Positions 1 through 12,693 of a DNA stretch of 64,000 nucleotides are shown one piece after another. The position numbers and the translations under genes were made by a program. Origin of the DNA: Antedon mediterranea (Eukaryota; Animalia; Echinodermata); contig NC_092678.1 of NCBI RefSeq assembly GCF_964355755.1, forward strand, positions 9,378,422 to 9,442,421, read 5' to 3'. Numbering within the stretch: position 1 is the first letter of the stretch; the number at the start of each line of letters is the position of its first letter. The notes beneath the pieces were generated by a model. That model ran no database searches. It was given only the letters and a program-made list of their open reading frames with translations, and was not told where the DNA came from.

Positions 1-1413
1 GAGATAGATCAGCGCGAGAGAGGTAGATCAGCGAGAGAGATAGATCAGCGAGAGAGAGAGATAGATCAGCGAGAGAGATAGATCAGCGAGAGAGACAGAG
101 AGAGATAGATAAGCGAGAGAGAGGTAGATTAGCGAGAGAGAGATAGATCAGCAAGAGAGAGATAGATCAGCGAGAGAGAGAGAGAGATCAGCGAGAGAGA
201 TATCAGTGAGAGAGAGGGAGAGATCAGCGAGAGAGAGAGATTAGCGCGCGAGAGAGAGAGAGATCGAGAGAGAACAGCGAGAGAGAGAGAGAGAGATCGA
301 TCAGCGAGAGAGAGATTAGCGAGAGAGAGAGAGAGAGAGGGAGAGAGAGGGAGAGAGAGATCAGCGAGGGAGAGATCAACAAGAGAGAGGGATCAGCAAG
401 TGAGAGAGAGAGATCAGCGAGAGAGAGAGATCAGCGAGAGAGAGGGAGAGATCAGTGAGAGAGAGAAATCAAAAAGAAAGAGAGAGAGATCAGCGAGAGA
501 GAGATCAGCGAGAGATCAGCGAGAGATCAGCGAGAGAAAGAGAGATAAGCGAGAGTGAGAGAAAAAGATCAGCGAGAGAGAGATCAGTGAGAGAGAGAGA
601 GATCAGCGAGAGAGAGAAAGATCAGCGAGAGAGGGAGTGAGATAAGAGAGAGAGAGAAAGATCAGCGAGAGAGAGATCAACGAGAGAGAGAGATCAGGGA
701 GAGAGATCAGCGAGTGAGAGATCAGCGAAAGAGATCATCTAGAGAGAGAGAGAGAGAGAGAGAGGTCAGCAAGAGAGAGAGAGAGACATCGACAAGAGGG
801 AGATCAGCGAGAGAAAGGTCAGCGAGAGAGAAAGATCAACAAGAGAGAGTTCAGCGAGAGAGAGAGAAAGATAAGCGAGAGAGAGAGAGAGATAAGCGAG
901 AGAGAGATCAGCGAGAGAGAAATCAGTGAGGGAGAGATAAGCGAGAGAGAGATCAGCAAGAGAGAGATCAGTGGGAGAGATCAGCGAGAGAGATAGAGAT
1001 AGATCAGCGAGAGAGATTTAGATCAGCGAGAGAGAGATAGATCAGCGAGAGAGAGATTGATCAGCGAGAGAGAGATAGATCAGCGAGAGAGAGATTAAAT
1101 CAACGAGATAGAGATAGATCAGCGAGAGAGAGATAGATCAGCGCGAGAGAGGTAGATCAGCGAGAGAGAGAGATAGATCAGCGAAAGAGAGAGATAGATC
1201 AGCGAGAGAGATAGATCAGCGAGAGAGACAGAGAGAGATAGATAAGCGAGAGAGATGTAGATTAGCGAGAGAGAGATAGATCAGCAAGAGAGAGATAGAT
1301 CAGCGAGAGAGAGAGAGAGAGAGAGATCAGCGAGAGAGATATCAGTGAGAGAGAGGGAGAGATCAGCGAGAGAGAGAGAGATTAGCGCGAGAGAGAGAGA
1401 GAGATCGAGAGAG

Positions 1414-1451
<38 letters not shown>

Positions 1452-2533
1452 AGCGAGAGAGAGATTAGCGAGAGAGAGAGAGAGAGAGGGAGAGAGAGGG
1501 AGAGAGAGATCAGCGAGGGAGAGATCAATAAGAGAGAGGGATCAGCAAGTGAGAGAGAGAGATCAGCGAGAGAGAGAGATCAGCGAGAGAGAGGGAGAGA
1601 TCAGTGAGAGAGAGAAATCAAAAAGAGAGAGAGAGAGATCAGCGAGAGAGAGATCAGCGAGAGATCAGCGAGAGAAAGAGAGATAAGCGAGAGTGAGAGA
1701 GAAATATCAGCGAGAGAGTGATCAGTGAGTGAGAGAGAGATCAGCGAGAGAGAGAAAGATCAGCGAGAGAGGGAGTGAGATAAGAGAGAGAGAGAAAGAT
1801 CAGCGAGAGAGAGATCAACGAGAGAGAGAGATCAGGGAGAGAGATCAGCGAGTGAGAGATCAGCGAAAGAGATCATCTAGAGAGAGAGAGAGAGAGAGAG
1901 GTCAGCAAGAGAGAGAGAGAGAGACATCGACAAGAGGGAGATCAGCGAGAGAAAGGTCAGCGAGAGAGAAAGATCAACAAGAGAGAGTGCAGCGAGAGAG
2001 AGAGAAAGATAAGCGAGAGAGAGAGATAAGCGAGAGAGAGATCAGCGAGAGAGAAATCAGTGAGGGAGAGATAAGCGAGAGAGAGATCAGCAAGAGAGAG
2101 ATCAGTGGGAGAGATCAGCGAGAGAGAGATCAGCAAGAAAGAGAGATCAGCAAGATATAGAGAGATCAGCGAGAGATATAGAGAGATCTGCGAGAGAGAG
2201 ATCAGCAAGAGAGAGATCAGTTAGAGAGAGATCAGCGAGAGAGAGATCAAGACGATAGAGATTTCAGCAACAGAGAGATATCACCGAGAGAGAGAGAGAT
2301 CAGCGAGAGAGAGAGAGAGAGAGAGATCAGTGAGAGAGAGAAAGAAAAATAACCGAGCAAGAGAGAGAGATCACCGAGACAGAGAGATCAGCTAGATAGA
2401 TCAGCGAGATAGAGAGAGAGATCAGCGAGATAGAGAGAGAAATCAGCGAGAGAGAGAGAAAGAGAGAGAGAGATCATCGAGAGAAAGAAAGAAGGAGGGA
2501 GAGAGATCAACGAGAGAGAGATTAACGATAGAG

Positions 2534-2571
<38 letters not shown>

Positions 2572-5500
2572 AGCGAGAGAGAGATTAGCGAGAGAGAGAG
2601 AGAGAGAGGGAGAGAGAGGGAGAGAGAGATCAGCGAGGGAGAGATCAATAAGAGAGAGGGATCAGCAAGTGAGAGAGAGAGATCAGCGAGAGAGAGAGAT
2701 CAGCGAGAGAGAGGGAGAGATCAGTGAGAGAGAGAAATCAAAAAGAGAGAGAGAGAGATCAGCGAGAGAGAGATCAGCGAGAGATCAGCGAGAGAAAGAG
2801 AGATAAGCGAGAGTGAGAGAGAAAGATCAGCGAGAGAGTGATCAGTGAGTGAGAGAGAGATCAGCGAGAGAGAGAAAGATCAGCGAGAGAGGGAGTGAGA
2901 TAAGAGAGAGAGAGAAAGATCAGCGAGAGAGAGATCAACGAGAGAGAGAGATCAGGGAGAGAGATCAGCGAGTGAGAGATCAGCGAAAGAGATCATCTAG
3001 AGAGAGAGAGAGAGAGAGAGGTCAGCAAGAGAGAGAGAGAGAGACATCGACAAGAGGGAGATCAGCGAGAGAAAGGTCAGCGAGAGAGAAAGATCAACAA
3101 GAGAGAGTGCAGCGAGAGAGAGAGAAAGATAAGCGAGAGAGAGAGATAAGCGAGAGAGAGATCAGCGAGAGAGAAATCAGTGAGGGAGAGATAAGCGAGA
3201 GAGAGATCAGCAAGAGAGAGATCAGTGGGAGAGATCAGCGAGAGAGAGATCAGCAAGAAAGAGAGATCAGCAAGATATAGAGAGATCAGCGAGAGATATA
3301 GAGAGATCTGCGAGAGAGAGATCAGCAAGAGAGAGATCAGTTAGAGAGAGATCAGCGAGAGAGAGATCAAGACGATAGAGATTTCAGCAACAGAGAGATA
3401 TCACCGAGAGAGAGAGAGATCAGCGAGAGAGAGAGAGAGAGAGAGATCAGTGAGAGAGAGAAAGAAAAATAACCGAGCAAGAGAGAGAGATCACCGAGAC
3501 AGAGAGATCAGCTAGATAGATCAGCGAGATAGAGAGAGAGATCAGCGAGATAGAGAGAGAAATCAGCGAGAGAGAGAGAAAGAGAGAGAGAGATCATCGA
3601 GAGAAAGAAAGAAGGAGGGAGAGAGATCAACGAGAGAGAGATTAACGATAGAGTTCAGCAAGAGAGAGAGAGAGAGAGATCAGCAAGAGAGAGAGAGATC
3701 GGCAAGAGGGAGATCGGCGAGGGAAAGGTCAGTGAGAGAGAAAGCGAGATCAACAAGAGAGAGTTGAGCGAGAGAGAGAGATAAGCAAGAGAGAGAGAGA
3801 TAAGCAAGAGAGAGATCAGCGAGAGAGAGAGAGTGATTAGCGACAGAGAGATCAGCGAGGGACAGATCAGCAAGAGAGAGAGATCAGCGAGGGAGAGATA
3901 AACAAGAGAGAGGGATCAGCAAGAGAGAGAGATCAGCGAGAGAGAGAGAGAGATCAGCGAGAGAGAGAGAGAGATCAGCGAGAGAGAGAGAGAGATAAGC
4001 GAGAGATCAGCGAGAGAAAGAGAGATAAGCGAGAGTTAGAGAGAAAGATCAGCGAGAGAGTGATCAGTGAGTGAGAGAGAGATCAGCGAGAGAGAGAAAG
4101 ATCAGCGAGAGAGGGAGTGAGATAAGAGAGAGAGAGAAAGATCAGCGAGAGAGAGATCAACGAGAGAGAGAGATCAGGGAGAGAGATCAGCGAGTGAGAG
4201 ATCAGCGAAAGAGATCATCTAGAGAGAGAGAGAGAGAGAGAGAGAGGTCAGCAAGAGAGAGAGAGAGAGACATCGACAAGAGGGAGATCAGCGAGAGAAA
4301 GGTCAGCGAGAGAGAAAGATCAACAAGAGAGAGTGCAGCGAGAGAGAGAGAAAGATAAGCGAGAGAGAGAGATAAGCGAGAGAGAGATCAGCGAGAGAGA
4401 AATCAGTGAGGGAGAGATAAGCGAGAGAGAGATCAGCAAGAGAGAGATCAGTGGGAGAGATCAGCGAGAGAGAGATCAGCAAGAAAGAGAGATCAGCAAG
4501 ATATAGAGAGATCAGCGAGAGATATAGAGAGATCTGCGAGAGAGAGATCAGCAAGAGAGAGATCAGTTAGAGAGAGATCAGCGAGAGAGAGATCAAGACG
4601 ATAGAGATATCAGCAACAGAGAGATATCACCGAGAGAGAGAGAGATCAGCGAGAGAGAGAGAGAGAGAGAGATCAGTGAGAGAGAGAAAGAAAAATAACC
4701 GAGCAAGAGAGAGAGATCACCGAGACAGAGAGATCAGCTAGATAGATCAGCGAGATAGAGAGAGAGATCAGCGAGATAGAGAGAGAAATCAGCGAGAGAG
4801 AGAGAAAGAGAGAGAGAGATCATCGAGAGAAAGAAAGAAGGAGGGAGAGAGATCAACGAGAGAGAGATTAACGATAGAGTTCAGCAAGAGAGAGAGAGAG
4901 AGAGATCAGCAAGAGAGAGAGAGATCGGCAAGAGGGAGATCGGCGAGGGAAAGGTCAGTGAGAGAGAGAGCGAGATCAACAAGAGAGAGTTGAGCGAGAG
5001 AGAGAGATAAGCAAGAGAGAGAGATAAGCAAGAGAGAGATCAGCGAGAGAGAGAGAGTGATTAGCGACAGAGAGATCAGCGAGGGACAGATCAGCAAGAG
5101 AGAGAGATCAGCGAGGGAGAGATAAACAAGAGAGAGGGATCAGCAAGAGAGAGAGATCAGCGAGAGAGAGAGAGAGATCAGCGAGAGAGAGAGAGAGATC
5201 AGCGAGAGAGAGAGAGATAAGCGAGAAAGAGAGAGAGAGAGACAGAGATATCAGCTAGAGGGATAAGCGAGATAGAGAGAGATCTGCAAGAGGAAGATCA
5301 TCGAGAGAGAGAGAAAGAGAGAGATCGATCAGTGAGAGAGAGATTAACGAGAGATATCAGCAAGATAGAGATCAGCGAGAGAGAAATCAGCGAGAGAGAG
5401 AGATCAGCAAGAGAGAGAGAGAGAGATCAGCAAGAGAGAGATTAGCGAGAGATAGATCAGCGAGAGATAGATAGAGATCAGTGACAGAAAGATCAGAGGG

Positions 5501-5703
5501 AGAGAAATCAACGGAGGAGAGATCAGCGAGAGAGAGACATCAGTGAGAGAGAGATAAGCGAAAGAGAGATCAGCGAGAGAGAGATCAGTGAGAAAGAGAG
5601 ATTAGCGATAGAGAGATCAGCATGAGAGAGATCAGCGGGAGATAGAGAGAGATCAGTGAGAGAGAAAGATAAGCGAGAGGGAGAGAGAGATCAGCTAGAG
5701 GGA

Positions 5704-5739
<36 letters not shown>

Positions 5740-6341
5740 AAGAGGGAGACCATCGAGAGAGAGAAAGAGAGAGATATTAGTGAGAGCGAGAATAACGAGA
5801 GAGATCAGCAAGAGGGAGAGAGAGATCAGCAAGAGAGAGAGAGAGAGATCGGTGAGAGAGAGATCAGCGATGGAGAGATTAGCGAGAGAGAGAGAGTGAT
5901 CAGCGAGAGAGAGAGAGAGATAAGCAAGGGAGAGATCAGTTAGAGAGATAGAAAGATCAGCAGGAGATATAGAAAGATCTGCGAGAGAGAGAAAGAGATT
6001 AGCAAGAGAGAGATCAGCTAGAGAGAGATCAGCGAGATAGATCAACAAGAGAGAGATATCAGCAACAGAGAGATATCAGCGAGAGAAAGATCAGCGATAG
6101 AGAGATAAGCGAGAGAGAGAGAGATCAGCGAGAGAGAGAGATCAGCGAGAGAGAGAGAGATCAGCGAGAAAGAGAGATCAGCGAGAGAGAGAGATCAGCG
6201 AGAGGGAGAGAGAGAGAAAGATCAGCGAGAGAGAGAGATCAGCAGGTGAGAAATCAGCGAGAGACAAATCAGCGAGAGAGAAAGATAAGCGAGAGATAGA
6301 GAGAGATCAGCGAGAGAGATAAGCGAGAGAGAGAGAGAGAG

Positions 6342-6381
<40 letters not shown>

Positions 6382-6740
6382 AGCTAGAGAGATCAACGAG
6401 AGAGAGAGATAAGCGACAGAGAAATCAGCGAGAGAGAGATCAGTGAGAGAGAGATCAGTGAGAGATAGATCAGCGGGAGAGAGAGATCAGCGAGAGAGAG
6501 ATCAGCGAGAGAGAAATCAACGGAGGAGAGATCAGCGAGAGAGAGACATCATTGAGCTCAGAGAGAGAGATAAGCGAGAGAGAGATCAGCGAGAGAGAGA
6601 GAGATCAGCGAGAGAGAGAGAGAGATCAGCGAGAAAGAGAGATTAGCGAGAGAGAGAGAGAGAGAGATAAAGATCAGCGAGAGAGAGAGAGAGATCAGCG
6701 AGAGAGAGATCAGCGAGAGAGAGGGAGAAATCAGTGAGAG
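1..6740 (+). repeat. GATCAGC(GA)n compound microsatellite array, purine-rich on +, with internal 1.1-1.2 kb tandem duplications
   Basis: GATCAGC or GATAAGC cores separated by variable (GA)n. Identical translated blocks at 1729 and 2849 (offset 1120) and a near copy at 4071. Confidence 0.97.
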
Positions 6741-6858
6741 CAGGGAAGAGTTAAATTACATGGAAAACTCACGAGCCGTTGAGGCGTGTTAATGCAATTA
6801 AATCGCTATTGTTCTCTATTGTTTTGTGAATAAACTAACTTCCCCTTCAGTCCCATAC

Positions 6859-7615
6859 GGTGACTACTTCTTCGCATGCAGCTAAAGTAAAATGACGTCA
6901 CGTTAAAGCGTGTCGTCACAGAATCTCATGCATATGCAAAAGTTGTTTTGTTTCTGCTTCTTGTGCGCTCATGATTTTACTAAATGTTTTCAGAGTGATT
7001 AATGATGGTGCGATCTGTGGTACAGAAAATAATCCGATATTGCTCCAGATAACAAAGAAGCAGATTAAATATAGTTTTTTATTCGACCCATTTGGCTTAG
7101 ATGCCTAGCCCTAGAAAGACTTTCTATGATACCTACTCACTAGCGGCCTAACTAAAGACAAGTAAAATACAGTATACACTACCCACTATCAGGCCATCCA
7201 TATCCTCCCCTTCATCGTTACCGCGTGGCATTGTGCAGATACTAACCCAGCATACTAGCCCACCCACCCTAGCTCTCAGGTATGCACTGCGCTGCCACTA
7301 GACAGTAGGAGGCCTAGCCTATTTCAGCATTTGAAAATACATACTAATATTGTACATTTATTATTATTTTTTATTTGCACTGGAAGTATCTAGGTTCTCC
7401 TGTCATGTTAAAATTAAAGTATATTATTTATTATCCTCAGCAGTGAAAACAATTATATTTTGTTGTATATTTTCGATAAATCTCGCGTCGCGTGTGTGTG
7501 GTGTGGTGGAAAAAACTCTCAGCAAGTTTGCTTCATTAATATGCATGAGACTCTGTGACGACCCACTTTAACGTGACGTCATTTTACTTTAGCTGCATGC
7601 GAAGAAGTAGTCACC
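6859..7615. mobile_element. MITE with ~77-bp TIRs and 9-bp TSD (Mutator- or Merlin-like), nested in the P element
   Basis: TIR GGTGACTACTTCTTCGCATGCAGCTAAAGTAAAATGACGTCACGTTAAAG, first 50 bp perfect (6859-6935 and 7539-7615). TSD GTCCCATAC at 6850-6858 and 7616-7624. No credible ORF. Confidence 0.88.
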
Positions 7616-8276
7616 GTCCCATACGCGCGGCACCGCCAATTACTGAATATGCTGCCACCAATGTGTAGATTGGCATTAGACTTGTTACCAGTCGTTTTTT
7701 TTTCAGATGTGCTTTTTGGTTTTTTAAAATAAAATAAGTGGTTTAACACTTAACGACTGATTTGAGACTATTTTGCACACGTTACACAAGCGTTTCCATT
7801 TAAAAAAATGTGTATTTTTACAAAGAAACACGCTTTTTAGGTGGATTTTCGGTAAGTATGCAATGGCCTTTTACGAAATGTATCGTCTTTTATATCAGCA
7901 TTTTGATACATATGCCTAAAAGTGCCTAATGTCTAGCTCAGATATGTGAAACCAATAACATCTATATATATTGTGGTTCCGTTTTTATTTGCGACCAATT
8001 CCGACCAAATACCAAAAATAAAAGATTTCTGAACCATCTTTACTCAGTTTTAGAGACTAAGATCGGCGGCGAGATGCTGGTAAGCTCCGCCCAGATAGAA
8101 GCTGTTGCTAGGCCTATCGGCCACCTATTGCTATTCTGTCAGGCAACCTGTTTTAGTTTTTCAATTGTTAAATAAGTCAAAAATACCAGGCTAACATAAA
8201 TGAAAGTTCTAGACCTAGGCCCCTAATTAATTAATTAATACTGTATATAATAATGTTTCCTTTTTTTCATCCACAG

Positions 8277-8452
8277 TTTCTTCATTTGTTGACATGGCCA
8301 AGATATTCCTTTCACAGAAGAAGCCTGATGGTACAAGACGGATTGTGTACTTTTTCCGTGAGAAAAACAACCAGGATGCTCTAGAAAACTATTTCAGTAT
8401 AGAAAGGAGTTGCCTTGGGAGATGGGAAAATCTGACAGTCACAACTTATTAG
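8277..8452 (+). pseudogene. P-element/THAP9-type transposase C-terminal RNase H exon remnant
   Basis: After a pyrimidine-rich CAG acceptor (8274-8276) the frame reads SFVDMAKIFLSQKKPDGTRRIVYFFREKNNQDALENYFSIERSCLGRWENLTVTTY*. This matches the P transposase Y..x.QD.LE.xF..xR..GG...NPT motif. It is shorter than the ORF-track cutoff. Confidence 0.78.
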
Positions 8453-9937
8453 TTATTTTAAATTGATACTTGTTTTGTAAATCTGTTGATTCAGCCATTT
8501 GAAGCAGATAAAGAATGTCACGGAACAAAATATATTTCAGTACTTACGAAGAATCTCTTTTTTTTACTCTGGTATTGATAAACATTATGACATCATGTAA
8601 CAATTTTAATAAAAAATTGTTTTGTAAATAAAGTATATTCTAAATTGTATGTTGGTTTGACTAAAAACAAAACACATAATTTGATGAATACATACTTTGA
8701 AATATACCTTTATTGACATGATTAAACAGTACTGATTTTTATACAAAATAAATTTACAACTCCAACCTTAAACTTTTTTTGTCTTTTGCTTTTATTTTAT
8801 TATTTGTTAAGTTACACCAGTGTGTGATAATACTCTGTTTGATATTGGAATTACACATTCCCTTTAGCGACAAAAACCTCTCCATTTCTAAATCTAAGTT
8901 TCTAAAAAACAAATTAATACACATCATCTTTTATGTGAAAAGCACCCCCTCCCCCTTGAACGTCACTTCAACCAGTCATTGGTGTAGTCTATAGGAAAGA
9001 ATTAGTTTCTTCTATACTTTTGACCTCCCAGCACAATAAAGTTCACATAAAATCATAATCTGTCCACTCATTATCGAACACATCAATTATCTCTAAAAGC
9101 TCCATGGCCTCACCAACATCCATTTCACTTGTATGTATTGTTATACTATAGTATTCACACAATGATCCTAAAAAAATAAGAAATATGTTTTATTAATTTG
9201 GATCTCTTAATTTTTATTATGTAAAACTGATAATACAATGCAGAATTATTTTCAGGCAGGGAAGACCTCTGGGCCTGGCCTTAGACCTATGTAGGCTACC
9301 GGTACATGCAACTGGCGCGCACAGGAGATACTTTTAATGGCCGAGTAGCCTACAAATACACTCTTATTGTTAAAACAGGATCAGGCTAATTTAGTTTGGT
9401 AAGCATATCAATTCTAAATAGGCCTAGGTAGGTAGCAAGAAGAGAAGATTGTAGGCCTAGCCTAGTAGTAGTTGAGTAGGGCCTATTTTAGGCTAAAGTA
9501 ACTAGGCTAGCCTAGGGCCAGCCTAGCTAGGAGTGCCAATACATTCTTACTATCTAGGGCCTAGGCCTACTAGCCCTAGATTGAAGTAGGACCTGGTGTA
9601 GCAAGTAGGCCTAGCCTATTACATATACTTGAAATGTGCGTACGGAAATTTTCTAAAAACGGAAAATACAAATACGACGACGACGACTACGTCGCGATAT
9701 ATATCGAAAAAGTTTAATGCGTCAGGTTACCAAGGGGGCGGTTCGACGAAGACGTCATCAGTAGTGTGTTGTTGCATGCCGTCACCGACCGGAAAACAAT
9801 CGCTTCTGGGCATGCGCAAAGCAATTACTTCGTCTTGAGCGAACATCCGTTGATTATGTAATCGAATCGGCGGTGCCGCGCGTTGTAACGTTTGATGTAA
9901 GGTCCGTGAGTTTTCCATGTAATTTAACTCTTCCCTG

Positions 9938-10916
9938 GTGAGAGAGAGATAAGCGAGAGAGAGAGATATCAGCTAGAGGGATCAGCGAGATAGAGAGAGA
10001 GATCTGCAAGAGGAAGATCATCGAGAGAGAGAAAGAGAGAGATCGATCAGTGAGAGAGAGATTAACGAGAGATATCAGCAAGATAGAGATCAGCGAGAGA
10101 GAGATCAGCAACAGAGAGAGAGAGAGAGATCAGCGAGAGAGAGATCAGCGAGAGATAGATCAGCGAGAGATAGATAGAGATCAGTGACAGAAAGATCAGA
10201 GAGAGAGAAATCAACGGAGGAGAGATCAGCGAGAGAGAGACATCAGTGAGAGAGAGATAAGCGGGAGAGAGATCAGCGAGAGAGAGATCAGTGAGAGAGA
10301 GATTAGCGATAGAGAGATCAGCATGAGAGAGATCAGCGAGATAGAGAGAGAGATCAGTGAGAGAGAAAAATAAGCGAGAGGGAGAGAGAGATCAGCTAGA
10401 GGGATCAGCGAGATAGAGAGAGAGATCTGCAAGAGGGAGACCATCGAGAGAGAGAGAGAAAGAGAGAGATATTAGTGAGAGCGAGAATAACGAGAGAGAT
10501 CAGCAAGAGGGAGAGAGAGATCAGCAAGAGAGAGAGATCGGTGAGAGAGAGAGATCAGCGATGGAGAGATCAGCGAGAGAGAGAGTGATCAGCGAGAGAG
10601 AGATCAGCGAGGGAGAGATCAGCGAGAGAGATAGAAAGATCAGCAGGAGATATAGAAAGATCTGCGAGAGAGAGAGAGAGAGATCAGCAAGAGAGAGATC
10701 AGCTAGAGAGAGATCAGCAAGATAGATCAACAAGAGAGAGATATCAGCAACAGAGAGATATCAGCGAGAGAAAGATCAGCGAGAGAGAGATCAGTGAGAA
10801 AGAAAGAGAAGCGAGAGAGAGAGAGAGAGAGAGATCAGCGAGAAAGAGAGATCAGCTAGAGAGATCAGCGAGATAGAGAGAGAAATCAGCGAAAGAGAGA
10901 AAGAGAGAGAGATCAT

Positions 10917-10947
<31 letters not shown>

Positions 10948-11180
10948 TCAGCGAGAGAGAGATTAACGAGAGAGATCAGCATGAGGGAGAGAGAGATAAG
11001 CGACAGAGAAATCAGCGAGAGAGAGATCAGTGAGAGAGAGATCAGTGAGATATAGATCAGCGGGAGAGAGAGATCAGCGAGAGAGAGATCAGCGAGAGAG
11101 AGATCAGCGAGAGAGAAATCAACGGAGGAGAGATCAGCGAGAGAGAGACATCAGTGAGAGAGAGATAAGCGAGAGAGAGA

Positions 11181-11211
<31 letters not shown>

Positions 11212-11308
11212 TAAAGATCAGCGAGAGAGAGAGAGAGAGATCAGCGAGAGAGAAATCAGCGAGAGAGAAAGATAAGCGAGAGATAGAGAGAGATCAGCGA
11301 GAGAGATA

Positions 11309-11357
<49 letters not shown>

Positions 11358-11813
11358 TCAGCGAGAGAGAGATAAACGAGAGAGAGAGATCAGGGAGAGA
11401 GATCAGCGAGTGAGAGATCAGCGAGTGAGAGATCAGCGAAAGAGATCATCTAGAGAGAGAGAGAGAGAGATCAGCAAGAGAGAGAGAGATCGGCAAGAGG
11501 GAGACCAGCGAGAGAAAGGTCAGCGAGAGAGAAAGATCAACAAGAGAGAGTTCAGCGAGAGAGAGAGAAAGATAAGCGAGAGAGAGAGATCAGCGAGAGA
11601 GAGAGAGAGAGATCAGCGAGAGAGAGAGAGAACAGCGAGAGAGAGAGATCAGCGAGAGAGAGATCAGCGAGAGGGAGAGAGAGAGAAAGATCAGCGAGAG
11701 AGAGAGAGATCAGCGGGTGAGAGATCAGCGAGAGACAAATCAGCGAGAGAGAAAGATAAGCGAGAGATAGAGAGAGATCAGCGAGAGAGATAAGCGAGAG
11801 AGAGAGAGAGAGA

Positions 11814-11855
<42 letters not shown>

Positions 11856-12477
11856 GAACTAGAGAGATCAACGAGAGAGAGAGAGAGATAAGCGACAGAG
11901 AAATCAGCGAGAGAGAGATCAGTGAGAGAGAGAGATCAGTGAGAGATAGATTAGCGGGAGAGAGAGATCAGCGAGAGAGAGATCAGCGAGAGAGAGATCA
12001 GCGAGAGAGAAATCAACGGAGGAGAGATCAGCGAGAGAGAGACATCAGTGAGAGAGAGATAAGCGAGAGAGAGATCAGCGAGAGAGAGAGATCAGCGAGA
12101 GAGAGAGAGAGATAAAGATCAGCGGGAGAGAGAGAGAGAGAGATCAGCGAGAGAGAGATCAGCGAGAGAGAAATCAGCGAGAGAGAAAGATAAGCGAGAG
12201 ATAGAGAGATCAGCGAGAGAGATAAGCGAGAGAGAGAGAGAGAGAGATCAGCGAGAGAGAGAGAGAGAGAGATCAGCTAGAGAGGTCAACGAGAGAGAGA
12301 GAGAGAGAGATAGGCGACAGAGAGATCAGCGAGAGAGAGATCAGTGAGAGAAAGATCAGCGGGGGAGAGAAATCGAGATCAGTGAGAGAGAGATCAGCGA
12401 GAGAGACTGAGATCAGCGAGAGAGATCAGCGAGAGAGAGAAAGAGAGAGAGAGATCAGCAAGAGAGAGAGTGTGAGA

Positions 12478-12520
<43 letters not shown>

Positions 12521-12656
12521 TAAGCAAGAGAGAGAGAGATCAGCGAGAGAGAGATCAGCGAGGGAGAGATCAGCAAGAGAAAGAGATCTGCAAATGAGAG
12601 AGATCAGCGAGAGAGAGATCAGCCATAGAAAGATCAGCGAGAGTAGGAGAGTGATT

Positions 12657-12693
<37 letters not shown>

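Larger units (their letters stand above)
6741..9937 (+). mobile_element. Non-autonomous (deleted) P-superfamily DNA transposon, 3197 bp
   Basis: Perfect 33-bp TIRs CAGGGAAGAGTTAAATTACATGGAAAACTCACG (6741-6773 and 9905-9937). 7-bp TSD GTGAGAG (6734-6740 and 9938-9944). 15-bp internal inverted repeat (7623-7637 and 9869-9883). Internal transposase exon with QDxLENYF motif. Confidence 0.88.

Noticed and set aside
6851-7623. Alternative MITE boundaries with a 5-bp (CCCAT) or 7-bp (TCCCATA) TSD
   Set aside because: Formally compatible, but the 9-bp TSD with GG...CC ends is the longest symmetric solution and fits known superfamilies.
455-11793. R/E-rich and L/I/S-rich ORFs (also at 32.8-34.6 kb and 50.9-62.3 kb)
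   Set aside because: They are translations of the GA/TC microsatellite, mostly with non-ATG starts and no coding signal.
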